From positions 25,378 through 89,377 of the forward strand of contig CAYPNB010000006.1 of assembly GCA_964412225.1 (NCBI GenBank): a stretch of 64,000 bases of DNA. The letters run 5' to 3'. Shown here in pieces: positions 18,406-26,659 of the stretch. Origin of the DNA: an uncultured bacterium (lineage in GTDB: Bacteria; Hydrothermota; Tepidihabitantia; Tepidihabitantales; Tepidihabitantaceae). The translations under genes and the position numbers were made by a program. The stretch's first letter is position 1; each line of letters opens with the position of its first letter. The notes beneath the pieces were generated by a model. That model was not told where the DNA came from and searched no databases. It saw nothing but the letters and a program-made list of their open reading frames with translations.

Positions 18406-19716
18406 ATGAAAATTCTGGTTATTGGTAGCGGCGGAAGAGAACACGCCCTGGTCTGGGCATTTTCCCGTTCCGGACATAAGGTATATTGTGCGCCGGGGAA
18501 TGCCGGTATTGCCCGAATTGCCGATTGCGTGGCGATAGAGCCGATGGCGATTTCTTCGCTGGCCAGTTTTGCCAAAAAACAACGGGTTGACCTGACAGTT
18601 GTTGGTCCCGAGGCTCCCCTGGTCGCCGGGCTTGCCGATGAATTTATGCGTCAGGATTTGCTCGTGTTCGGTCCGGATGCAGGAGCGGCGCGGTTGGAGG
18701 GTGACAAGGCGTTTGCCAAGGATTTGATGGTCCGCTACGGAATTCCAACCGCGCGGTTTGAGGTATTTGATGATTTTGAGCGTGCGGAACAGTTTGTTCG
18801 CACCAGGGGGCAATTTCCGTTGGTGATCAAAGCAACAGGGCTTGCCGCCGGGAAGGGGGTAATGGTTGTTGGTTCTTATGAGATGGCGGTGAAGGTTCTC
18901 GCCGAATTGATGCAGGAGGGAAGGCTGGGTGAGGCAGGGAAAAGGGTGGTGATTGAGGAGTTCCTTCAGGGTGAGGAGGCTTCGGTTATCGGGTTATGTG
19001 ACGGGGAAAGGGTGCGGTTTCTTGTGCCCGCCCAGGACCACAAACGGCTTCTGGATGGCGATGAAGGACCAAACACCGGTGGAATGGGTGCCTATGCACC
19101 GGTGCCGGCGGTCACTGATGCGGTTTTTCAGCGGGTAGTGAAGGAGGTTTTTGATCCGTTGGTAAAAGGTCTTCAACGGGAAGGGGTTGTTTACCGGGGG
19201 GCGATTTATGCCGGATTGATGTTAACCGATGACGGTCCCAAGGTGCTGGAGTTCAACTGCCGTTTTGGTGATCCGGAGACCCAGACGGTGGTACCGCTTT
19301 TTGATGGTGACCTGGGGGAGCTGTGTTTGCAATGTGCCGGGGGAAAACTGCCGGAAGGGGAAAGCTACTCGTTAGTGTCCAGTGGGCGCTGGGCGCTGTG
19401 TGTTGTTGCTGCGGCAAAGGGGTATCCTGGTGATTATGAGAAGGGGCTGCCGATTTCCGGGCAACTTGAAGGTGGCGAGAGTACAATTGTTTTCCATGCC
19501 GGGACCAAACTGGTGGACGAAAGAGTGGTAACAAACGGGGGCAGGGTGCTGGGTGTAACCGGGATTGGCGGTACTCTTGCTGAGGCACGTGACCGGGCTT
19601 ATTACGGAATGGGGCTCATTCATTTTCCGGGTATGCACTATCGCCAGGACATTGGAGTGCGGGGGTTGCGCCGATTGCAAGAAGAGGATAAGCGGGCTTT
19701 TCTTGAGCGCAAATGA
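18406..19716 (+). CDS. purD: Phosphoribosylamine--glycine ligase
   Basis: MKILVIGSGGREHAL N-terminus, ATP-grasp domain, C-terminal PurD region. Start taken at the internal ATG at 18406, because the track ORF start at 18349 overlaps rnpB. Confidence 0.9.
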   Translation: MKILVIGSGGREHALVWAFSRSGHKVYCAPGNAGIARIADCVAIEPMAISSLASFAKKQRVDLTVVGPEAPLVAGLADEFMRQDLLVFGPDAGAARLEGDKAFAKDLMVRYGIPTARFEVFDDFERAEQFVRTRGQFPLVIKATGLAAGKGVMVVGSYEMAVKVLAELMQEGRLGEAGKRVVIEEFLQGEEASVIGLCDGERVRFLVPAQDHKRLLDGDEGPNTGGMGAYAPVPAVTDAVFQRVVKEVFDPLVKGLQREGVVYRGAIYAGLMLTDDGPKVLEFNCRFGDPETQTVVPLFDGDLGELCLQCAGGKLPEGESYSLVSSGRWALCVVAAAKGYPGDYEKGLPISGQLEGGESTIVFHAGTKLVDERVVTNGGRVLGVTGIGGTLAEARDRAYYGMGLIHFPGMHYRQDIGVRGLRRLQEEDKRAFLERK

Positions 19717-20693
19717 CTTTGCGGGTTAAACCGGAAAAGGTTAAGGTAACAGATGTGCTCCGGGCCCTTCAGCGGGGCGGAGTGTTATTGCCAGTCGCCG
19801 GTTCTTGGGCTGTGGTGAGCCGGGAGCGCGATGAGGTGATAAAAAGACTGGGTCAGGTTTATCGGTTGATTGGAGATGTGAATGAATGTCCGGTTGGGGG
19901 ACCGGCAGCTTTATTGCTCAATCAGGGCGCGCTGGTGCGGGTTGGCGGTGCGGATGGCTGGGCACGGGCACCGGCTGGGGTGCTTCAGGAGGTAATTAAG
20001 AAAGAAACAGGGGAGCTCTGGTTGGGTTTGTCCGAGGATGAAACCGCTCCTGAGGAACTGATTGATGAATTCGGTGAATGGGTGACGATGAGAATTGATG
20101 GCCCGGCCCGGGGTCCGGGTCCGACTGTAATTAACCTTGATAACGGAGTGCCTGAGGTTGTGCACCGGGGTGAACCAGGGATACTGGCACTGGAGGGTGT
20201 TTTAGGCCAGCGGTTGTTTTTGGGTGCTGGGGTGATATTCTCAACTGTTGTAGTCTGTACCGGAAATTCCTGTCGCAGTCCGATCGCCGCGGGGTTATTA
20301 CAGAAACTCTGTACCGGGATGCCGGTTCTGGTTGGCTCGGCGGGAATCGCCGCACCGGTGGGCGCTCCGGCAACCAATCTGGCGGTGGCGGTGGCCAAGG
20401 AGATGGGGGTAGACATCAGCGATCACCGGGCAAGACAGCTGGACCAGGAGACGATTGCCCGCAGCGACCTGGTTCTGGTAATGGAACCTGGGCACCGAGA
20501 ATGGATTTTAAACCGGCTACCGGAGGCAGAGGTTAAAGTTCGGTTTCTCGGCGGTTATCCAGACCGGATGATTGAAATTCCCGACCCGATCGGGCGGTCA
20601 ATAGAGTTTTACCGTCAGACCGCGGTTTTAATTAAAGCCGGGGTATTGAAGGTGTTTGCCGAGATAAAGGAAAGGTTGCCGAGCAAGCAATAG
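19713..20693 (+). CDS. Fusion protein: divergent YrdC/Sua5(TsaC)-like N-terminal domain + C-terminal low-molecular-weight protein tyrosine/arginine phosphatase (LMW-PTP)
   Basis: C-terminal CX5R P-loop VVCTGNSCRSPIAAG plus downstream DP motif. The N-terminal ~190 aa resembles YrdC only weakly. Confidence 0.6.
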   Translation: MTLRVKPEKVKVTDVLRALQRGGVLLPVAGSWAVVSRERDEVIKRLGQVYRLIGDVNECPVGGPAALLLNQGALVRVGGADGWARAPAGVLQEVIKKETGELWLGLSEDETAPEELIDEFGEWVTMRIDGPARGPGPTVINLDNGVPEVVHRGEPGILALEGVLGQRLFLGAGVIFSTVVVCTGNSCRSPIAAGLLQKLCTGMPVLVGSAGIAAPVGAPATNLAVAVAKEMGVDISDHRARQLDQETIARSDLVLVMEPGHREWILNRLPEAEVKVRFLGGYPDRMIEIPDPIGRSIEFYRQTAVLIKAGVLKVFAEIKERLPSKQ

Positions 20694-20699
20694 AAAGGG

Positions 20700-21857
20700 G
20701 TGAATATGGAGTATTTTCTTTCTGAGACACAAAAGGAGTTAAAGGAGCTTGCCCGTCGTTTTGCGGTGGACAAGATAAAACCGGTCCGGGCAGAACTTGA
20801 CCGAACCGGTGAGTTTCCCTTTGGGCTGATGAAGGAACTTGCCGAACTGGGTTTGATGGGCGTCTACATTCCTGAGGAGTACGGTGGTTTTGGTGGCGGG
20901 ATAATGGAGATGTGTCTGGTAGTGGAGGAGTTGTCCCGGATTGATGGGGCGGTGGCGCTGGGTTATGCCGCCTGTGGTCTAGGAACATTTCCGATTATCC
21001 TTGCCGGTACGCCGGAACAGAAGCGGAAATACCTGCCCCGGCTGGCGGCGGGCGAGCTGGCAGCGTTTGCCATCACCGAGGCACAGGCTGGTTCTGATGC
21101 CAGTAACGTTAAGACCCGGGCGCGTCGGGAGGGGGATTATTATGTTCTGAACGGCACCAAACAGTTTATTACCAATGGCAGCGTGGCGAAAATTTACACA
21201 GTCATTGCCTCCACCGACCCGACGCGGGGGGCGCGCGGGCTTTCGGCGTTCATCGTTGAGGACGGTACGCCGGGGTTCACTTTCGGCAAGATCGAAGACA
21301 AAATGGGGATCCGGTGCTCCAAAACCGCTGAGCTGGTATTTCAGGATTGCCGGGTGCCGGCGGAAAACCTCCTCGGTGGTAAGGAGGGAATGGGGTTCAT
21401 AATCACGATGCGGACATTTGACCGTACCCGCCCCGGTGTTGGTGCTCAGGCGGTGGGCATTGCCCAGGGGGCGCTGGATGAGGCACTGGAATACGCCAAG
21501 ACCAGGATTCAGTTTGATCAACCGATTGCCAGTTTTCAGGCGGTGCAGTTGATGCTGGCTGATATGGCGATTCAAATTGAGGCGTCAAGGACATTGGTTT
21601 ATCAGGCGGCCCGGGCGGCAGATGCCGGGGTAAAAAACATCGCCGGATTGGCAGCAATGGCAAAGGTGATGGCGTCTGATACGGCGATGCGGGTGACGAC
21701 CGATGCGGTGCAGATTCTCGGCGGGTATGGTTATATGAAGGACTATCCGGTGGAAAAAATGATGCGGGATGCCAAGATTACCCAGATTTACGAGGGGACG
21801 AACCAGATTCAACGATTGGTGGTTGCCGCGGAGTTAATTAAGGGAACGCTCTGGTAG
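20700..21857 (+). CDS. Acyl-CoA dehydrogenase (short/branched-chain type)
   Basis: ACAD N-, middle- and C-terminal domains. Catalytic-base region ...IYEGTNQIQRLVVA. Confidence 0.85.
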   Translation: MNMEYFLSETQKELKELARRFAVDKIKPVRAELDRTGEFPFGLMKELAELGLMGVYIPEEYGGFGGGIMEMCLVVEELSRIDGAVALGYAACGLGTFPIILAGTPEQKRKYLPRLAAGELAAFAITEAQAGSDASNVKTRARREGDYYVLNGTKQFITNGSVAKIYTVIASTDPTRGARGLSAFIVEDGTPGFTFGKIEDKMGIRCSKTAELVFQDCRVPAENLLGGKEGMGFIITMRTFDRTRPGVGAQAVGIAQGALDEALEYAKTRIQFDQPIASFQAVQLMLADMAIQIEASRTLVYQAARAADAGVKNIAGLAAMAKVMASDTAMRVTTDAVQILGGYGYMKDYPVEKMMRDAKITQIYEGTNQIQRLVVAAELIKGTLW

Positions 21858-21863
21858 GGCAGG

Positions 21864-23264
21864 ATGAAAGACACAATTGTTATTGGTGCTGGACCGGCTG
21901 GCTATGTGACGGCGATCCGTTTGGCTCAGCTGGGGCAGGAAGTGGTGGTGGTGGAGGAGGCACGGGTGGGAGGTGTGTGTCTTAACCGGGGTTGTATTCC
22001 GGTTAAGGCGTTACTCCACGCTGCGGCAACAGTACGCAATGCGGCTGAAGCCAGACAGATGGGGATAAACTTTGCTCCACCGACGATTGACCTGATTAGC
22101 GTTGCTTCCTGGAAGGCAAGGATAGTGGAGCGACTGGCAAAGGGAATAGAGTTTCTGTTCAAGACAAACGGCGTAGAGCTGGTGCGGGGCCGGGGAAGAC
22201 TGGCGGCACCGGACCGGGTAGTGGTACGGGGTCCAGACGGAGACCGAGAGCTTACCGCCCGTAATGTGGTCATCGCCACTGGCTCCCGGCCAGCGGTGCT
22301 TTCTGGATTGGAGCCAGACAATCGGCAGATAATTGACTCCAATGGCGCCCTCAATCTAGTGAAACTGCCGAACCGGGTGGTGATTGTTGGTGCCGGTGCT
22401 ATCGGTCTGGAGTTTGCCACAATTTTCCAGCGCTTCGGTGCCCGGGTTACTGTTCTGGAAATGTGTGATTCAATTCTGCCCGGCACCGACCCGGAGTTGA
22501 CCCAGATTCTCCGGCGTCAGATGGAACGGGAAGGCATTGAGTTCCGGTTGGGTGTGAAGGGAGCAAGTTGTGAGGCGATAACCGATAGCGGTGCCCGGGT
22601 TTGTGTTGCCGAGGAGACGGGTAAAACTGATCTGGATGCTGACCAGGTGTTGGTGGCGATAGGACGAGTGGCGAATTCCGGGGATTTGGGGTTGAACGAG
22701 CTGGGTGTAGAGATGGATGAACGGGGATTTGTAAAAACCGATTGCCGCTATCAAACGAATTGCAAAGGATTGTTTGCAATTGGCGATATCCGGGGGGGGC
22801 CATTACTGGCCCATAAGGCAATGTTTGAGGGAATAGAACTTGCCGAACTGCTTACCGGTACCCAGAACCGGAAGACTGGGAGAAAGCGGGCAATTCCATC
22901 AGTGGTTTATACCGATCCGGAGCTGGCAACAGTGGGCTTAAGTGAAGCGGCGGCAAGGGAAGCGGGTTTCAAAGTTAGGGTGGCAAAAATCCCGGTGACG
23001 GCAATCGGCAGGTCGTTGACCCTCAGTAGGAGTGAAGGGTTGTGTAAGGTGGTGGCAGATGATGCGAGCGGCAAGATTTTAGGGGTTGGGATAGTTGCCG
23101 CCCAGGCGGATGCATTGATTGCCGAGGCGGCGGTGGCAGTGGAACTGGGTTTAACCGCAGAAGAACTGGGCCGGGTTGTTCATCCCCATCCAACAATGAG
23201 CGAACTTGTCTTTGAGTCAGCGCATGCGCTTCTGGGGAGGGCAATTCACATTGTCAACCGTTAA
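21864..23264 (+). CDS. lpdA: Dihydrolipoyl dehydrogenase
   Basis: FAD-binding GAGPAGY, redox disulfide CLNRGCIPVKALL, NAD-binding GAGAIGLE, C-terminal dimerisation HPHPT motif. Confidence 0.9.
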   Translation: MKDTIVIGAGPAGYVTAIRLAQLGQEVVVVEEARVGGVCLNRGCIPVKALLHAAATVRNAAEARQMGINFAPPTIDLISVASWKARIVERLAKGIEFLFKTNGVELVRGRGRLAAPDRVVVRGPDGDRELTARNVVIATGSRPAVLSGLEPDNRQIIDSNGALNLVKLPNRVVIVGAGAIGLEFATIFQRFGARVTVLEMCDSILPGTDPELTQILRRQMEREGIEFRLGVKGASCEAITDSGARVCVAEETGKTDLDADQVLVAIGRVANSGDLGLNELGVEMDERGFVKTDCRYQTNCKGLFAIGDIRGGPLLAHKAMFEGIELAELLTGTQNRKTGRKRAIPSVVYTDPELATVGLSEAAAREAGFKVRVAKIPVTAIGRSLTLSRSEGLCKVVADDASGKILGVGIVAAQADALIAEAAVAVELGLTAEELGRVVHPHPTMSELVFESAHALLGRAIHIVNR

Positions 23265-23270
23265 GCGATA

Positions 23271-23984
23271 ATGCGTCCGGCACTGCTCTGGGAACTGGGT
23301 AGAGTTGAGTATCAGCGGGCTCTGGTATTGCAGCACGAGGTTCATCAGCAGCGGGTGGCAAGCCGGATACCGGATACGTTGCTTCTCCTTGAGCATCCTC
23401 CGGTTATCACCTTCGGTCGGACCGCGGACAAAAGCAACCTGCTTGTTGCTGAAGCGGAACTTACCCGGTTGGGGATTGCAGTAAAAAAGGTGGAGCGGGG
23501 GGGTGATGTCACCTATCACGGTCCGGGTCAGCTGGTCGGTTACCCGATTTTTCATCTCCGGGAGGGGTTGGTCGGAGTGCGCCGGTTTGTTGAAGGAGTG
23601 GAAACGGCGCTGGTTCTGGCGTTACAGGATTTAGGTATTCCCGCTGAGGTGCAACCGAAACTGGTCGGGGTCTGGGTAAAAGGAAAAAAAATCGCCTCTA
23701 TCGGCATTGCGGTCCGGGAGGGTGTTACACTGCACGGTTTTGCTCTGAATGTTAAGAATGACCTGAGCGGTTTTCGGCTGATTCATCCCTGTGGAATGAG
23801 GTCGGTGGCGATGACGGCGATAGAGATTGAAGTGGGAATGGCTGACCCGCCAACGGTCAGGGCGGCGGTTGTCAGTGGTTTTGAAAGGGTATTCGGTTTG
23901 GTTTTTCAGAAAAACTTACCCCGCAGTTTAACTACACGGATAAATTCAGACAGCGTTTTTGCCATTGATTCCGCTTCAGCCTGA
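23271..23984 (+). CDS. lipB: Lipoyl(octanoyl) transferase
   Basis: RGGDVTYHGPGQLVGYPIF motif and catalytic Cys region (HPCGM). Confidence 0.85.
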   Translation: MRPALLWELGRVEYQRALVLQHEVHQQRVASRIPDTLLLLEHPPVITFGRTADKSNLLVAEAELTRLGIAVKKVERGGDVTYHGPGQLVGYPIFHLREGLVGVRRFVEGVETALVLALQDLGIPAEVQPKLVGVWVKGKKIASIGIAVREGVTLHGFALNVKNDLSGFRLIHPCGMRSVAMTAIEIEVGMADPPTVRAAVVSGFERVFGLVFQKNLPRSLTTRINSDSVFAIDSASA

Positions 23985-24616
23985 GTGTAGGGCGTTTTTT
24001 TCTGATAGGCTTTGTTGCGGGCGTTTTCAGGCACAAACTGCTGGAGGACCACAGTGTGTGCACCCCGTAGCGCCCGGCCGATTTCCGGAATATCCACCGG
24101 GTTGACTAGCCCCGGCACCAGGGTGATTCGAAACTCGTGAGGAATACCGGATTCAATTATCAGCCGGATTGACCGCCAGATTGGGGCGAGGGTCAGCGAT
24201 TTTCTGCCCGCGGCGAGGGAATAACGTTCTTCGGTCAGTGGCGCCTTGATATCCATTGCGACAAAGTCAATTAACCCCAATGCCAGTGTCCTTTTCAAGG
24301 GATAGGGAAATGAACCGTTGGTATCCATTTTTATCTTCAGATTCAGCCGTTTAATCCGGGTGCAAAGGTCAAATATCTCAGGGTGGAGGAGTGGCTCACC
24401 GCCGGTGACGACTACCCCGTCCAGCCAGCCAAGTTTTCTTTCCAGTTCTTGTTTTAGTTCTTCCCAGGTGAGTGCTGGCAGGCTCGGGTCATCCTCGGCA
24501 ATCAGGCTGTTATGACAGAACGGACAGACGAAATTACACCCTCCGATGAAGATGACCGAGGTGATTTTGCCGTCCCAGTCAACAAGTGATGTGGGGATGA
24601 AGCCACGAATCCGCAC
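23906..24616 (-). CDS. Radical SAM activating enzyme of the anaerobic ribonucleotide reductase activase (NrdG) family
   Basis: SLVDWDGKITSVIFIGGCNFVCPFCHN (CX3CX2C). ~236 aa. 3' end overlaps the lipB 3' end by 79 nt (convergent). Confidence 0.7.
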   Translation of the reverse strand: MRIRGFIPTSLVDWDGKITSVIFIGGCNFVCPFCHNSLIAEDDPSLPALTWEELKQELERKLGWLDGVVVTGGEPLLHPEIFDLCTRIKRLNLKIKMDTNGSFPYPLKRTLALGLIDFVAMDIKAPLTEERYSLAAGRKSLTLAPIWRSIRLIIESGIPHEFRITLVPGLVNPVDIPEIGRALRGAHTVVLQQFVPENARNKAYQKKTPYTQAEAESMAKTLSEFIRVVKLRGKFF

Positions 24617-24784
24617 ATCTGAATATTAAGAGATAATGAATTTCAGTCAATAAACTTATTGTCTCCGGCCGCAGGTTAAATTAACCCCGGCGGGTATTTT
24701 TATTAACCGCTTATGTGACAAGAAATTAAACTGGCAATCGGCCGAAATTCTTCCCGTACGTCTCTTGTTTGTTTTCTCGCAGGG

Positions 24785-26611
24785 TTGATTTCTGCCGTTT
24801 TTGTTGTTAATCTAAAGTTGATGAGATGGCCATTTGGACGTAAAAGTGTGGATAAGAAACTTCTCGGGTTGTTGTCGCTCTGGCACATATTTGAAACGGT
24901 GGAGTTGAACCGACCGGAACTGACCGATAAACTCCGTGACCTTACGGTGCGGCTGGAGCAGGAGTTTGAGGAGGATAAGGCTTTAATCAGCAGACGGGCA
25001 GAGTCCGGTACCGAAGAGGATGTGCGTTTTATCATTGATGTTCTTTCCCGATTACCGGCACCGCCGGCGAAGCTGGGTCCCCTGCCGGATAAGTCGGCGT
25101 TCACCTGGGAGCGGGCCGAGTCGGAGTTCGGTCCGGTAGGCAAGGTGGTGAATCGGCTGCGGGTGGCGGTGCAAACACAAGCTATTGCACCACTGGAAAA
25201 GGAGATTACCGCACTGAAGCGGCGTAGCGCCGACCTCATTCGCACCGGTAAAGGCCGGGATAATCAGGAACTGAAACGGCTCCAAGAGGAGCTGACCGGT
25301 CGGGAAGAGGAACTACAGGAGGAGGTGGCACAGATTGACAAGGAGTTTCGGCGATATCTGTCTGTGCTGCTGCGGCTATATCAGCTGTCCGAACACTGTA
25401 TTAACGCCCTGGGCCGGGTTCAATCTCCTTCTGGAATCCAGAGATTGGTTGACCTTTTGAGTGAAGGCACCCCGACGGAGCGGGTTTTTGCCCTGAAGGC
25501 GCTTTTGCGTGCCAACTGGCGGCCTCAGGGTACAACACAGGTGTTGAACTTTGAGCTTGCCCGAGCTAAATTGAGCGATAGCGAGGCGGAGCGGAAGCAG
25601 GCTTTGAAGGAACTGGAGAAGTTGCTCGGTGCCATCCAGGACAGTCGGGAGTTGCGGGAGGCTGTTGAGCCCCGGCTCGCTGAGGAAGGGATGACCGTTC
25701 TTCAGACGCTGGCGCTGAGCAGGTTGGCGGAGATAGACCAGAAGGAGGCGGTGAGACGGTTCGGAGAGATTTTCAACACTCCGGATGAGCCAGAGGAGTT
25801 GAAGTCGGCGGTGGTGCTGGCGACCGGGGAGAGGCTTTTACCGGTAATGCCGGTTGAGGCGGTGAATATCATTTTGCGCGCATTGGATGATCTGGATATG
25901 CCGGTCCGGGTGGCGGCGGCAGGTGCACTCACCAGACTGCCTGCAGGGATACCCGAAGATGTGCGGGAAGCGGCGATGGAAAGGCTTATATTCGCTCTCC
26001 GGGATGGAGATCTGGAGGTGCGGGATGCGGCGGCAAGGGCATTGAATCCACATACCTATCCGGCAGCAGGGGAGAAACTGGTCCATTTTCTTTTAAATGA
26101 AACCAACCCCAGCGGCCGGGAGTTTGCCGCCCGGGCGTTGGGGTTGAACTTTCCGGCCACACCGCACACTACCGCGGCACTGATTAAGGCTTTGACCGAT
26201 GAGGATGCGGCGGTTCGGCGGGCAGCAGCCGATGCGCTGGTTGCCCAGGGTGCGGTGCCGACCGAACCGCAGAGCCGGCTGGAGTTTCTCTGTGCCCGAC
26301 AGGAATGGCAGGCACTGGTGAATGCAGGCAAACCGGCGGTGGTGTGTTTGCTGCCCCGGCTCCGGGACCTGCGTGAGGATATCCGGCTGGAAGTGGTGCG
26401 GACCCTGGGCAGAATTGGTGCGCCGGAGGCGGTGAACGAACTCTGCGTCGCTCTGTCTGACGCCAGTCAGGATGTCCGGCGGGCAGCGGCAAAGGCGCTT
26501 GGTGCGATTGGCGACCCGGCCGCGGCACCGGCGCTTCGGACCGCAATCAGCCGGGAGGGGTTTAAGGAGGTGCGGGCGGAGATGGAGCGGGCGCTCCGGC
26601 AGCTGAGTTAA
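24785..26611 (+). CDS. HEAT/PBS-lyase-like repeat protein with N-terminal coiled-coil region
   Basis: Repeated (V/I)R..AA.AL motifs in the C-terminal half. Heptad-like charged N-terminal half. The true start is probably an internal Met (e.g. 24824). Confidence 0.6.
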   Translation: MISAVFVVNLKLMRWPFGRKSVDKKLLGLLSLWHIFETVELNRPELTDKLRDLTVRLEQEFEEDKALISRRAESGTEEDVRFIIDVLSRLPAPPAKLGPLPDKSAFTWERAESEFGPVGKVVNRLRVAVQTQAIAPLEKEITALKRRSADLIRTGKGRDNQELKRLQEELTGREEELQEEVAQIDKEFRRYLSVLLRLYQLSEHCINALGRVQSPSGIQRLVDLLSEGTPTERVFALKALLRANWRPQGTTQVLNFELARAKLSDSEAERKQALKELEKLLGAIQDSRELREAVEPRLAEEGMTVLQTLALSRLAEIDQKEAVRRFGEIFNTPDEPEELKSAVVLATGERLLPVMPVEAVNIILRALDDLDMPVRVAAAGALTRLPAGIPEDVREAAMERLIFALRDGDLEVRDAAARALNPHTYPAAGEKLVHFLLNETNPSGREFAARALGLNFPATPHTTAALIKALTDEDAAVRRAAADALVAQGAVPTEPQSRLEFLCARQEWQALVNAGKPAVVCLLPRLRDLREDIRLEVVRTLGRIGAPEAVNELCVALSDASQDVRRAAAKALGAIGDPAAAPALRTAISREGFKEVRAEMERALRQLS

Positions 26612-26659
26612 ATTAAACTATGGACAAACCCACATTTATTGTTAAAATTATTATTATAG

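Noticed and set aside
17750-18575. Several 86-139 aa ORFs between trxB and purD
   Set aside because: The region is occupied by the RNase P RNA gene. The ORFs are out-of-frame artefacts over a structured RNA.
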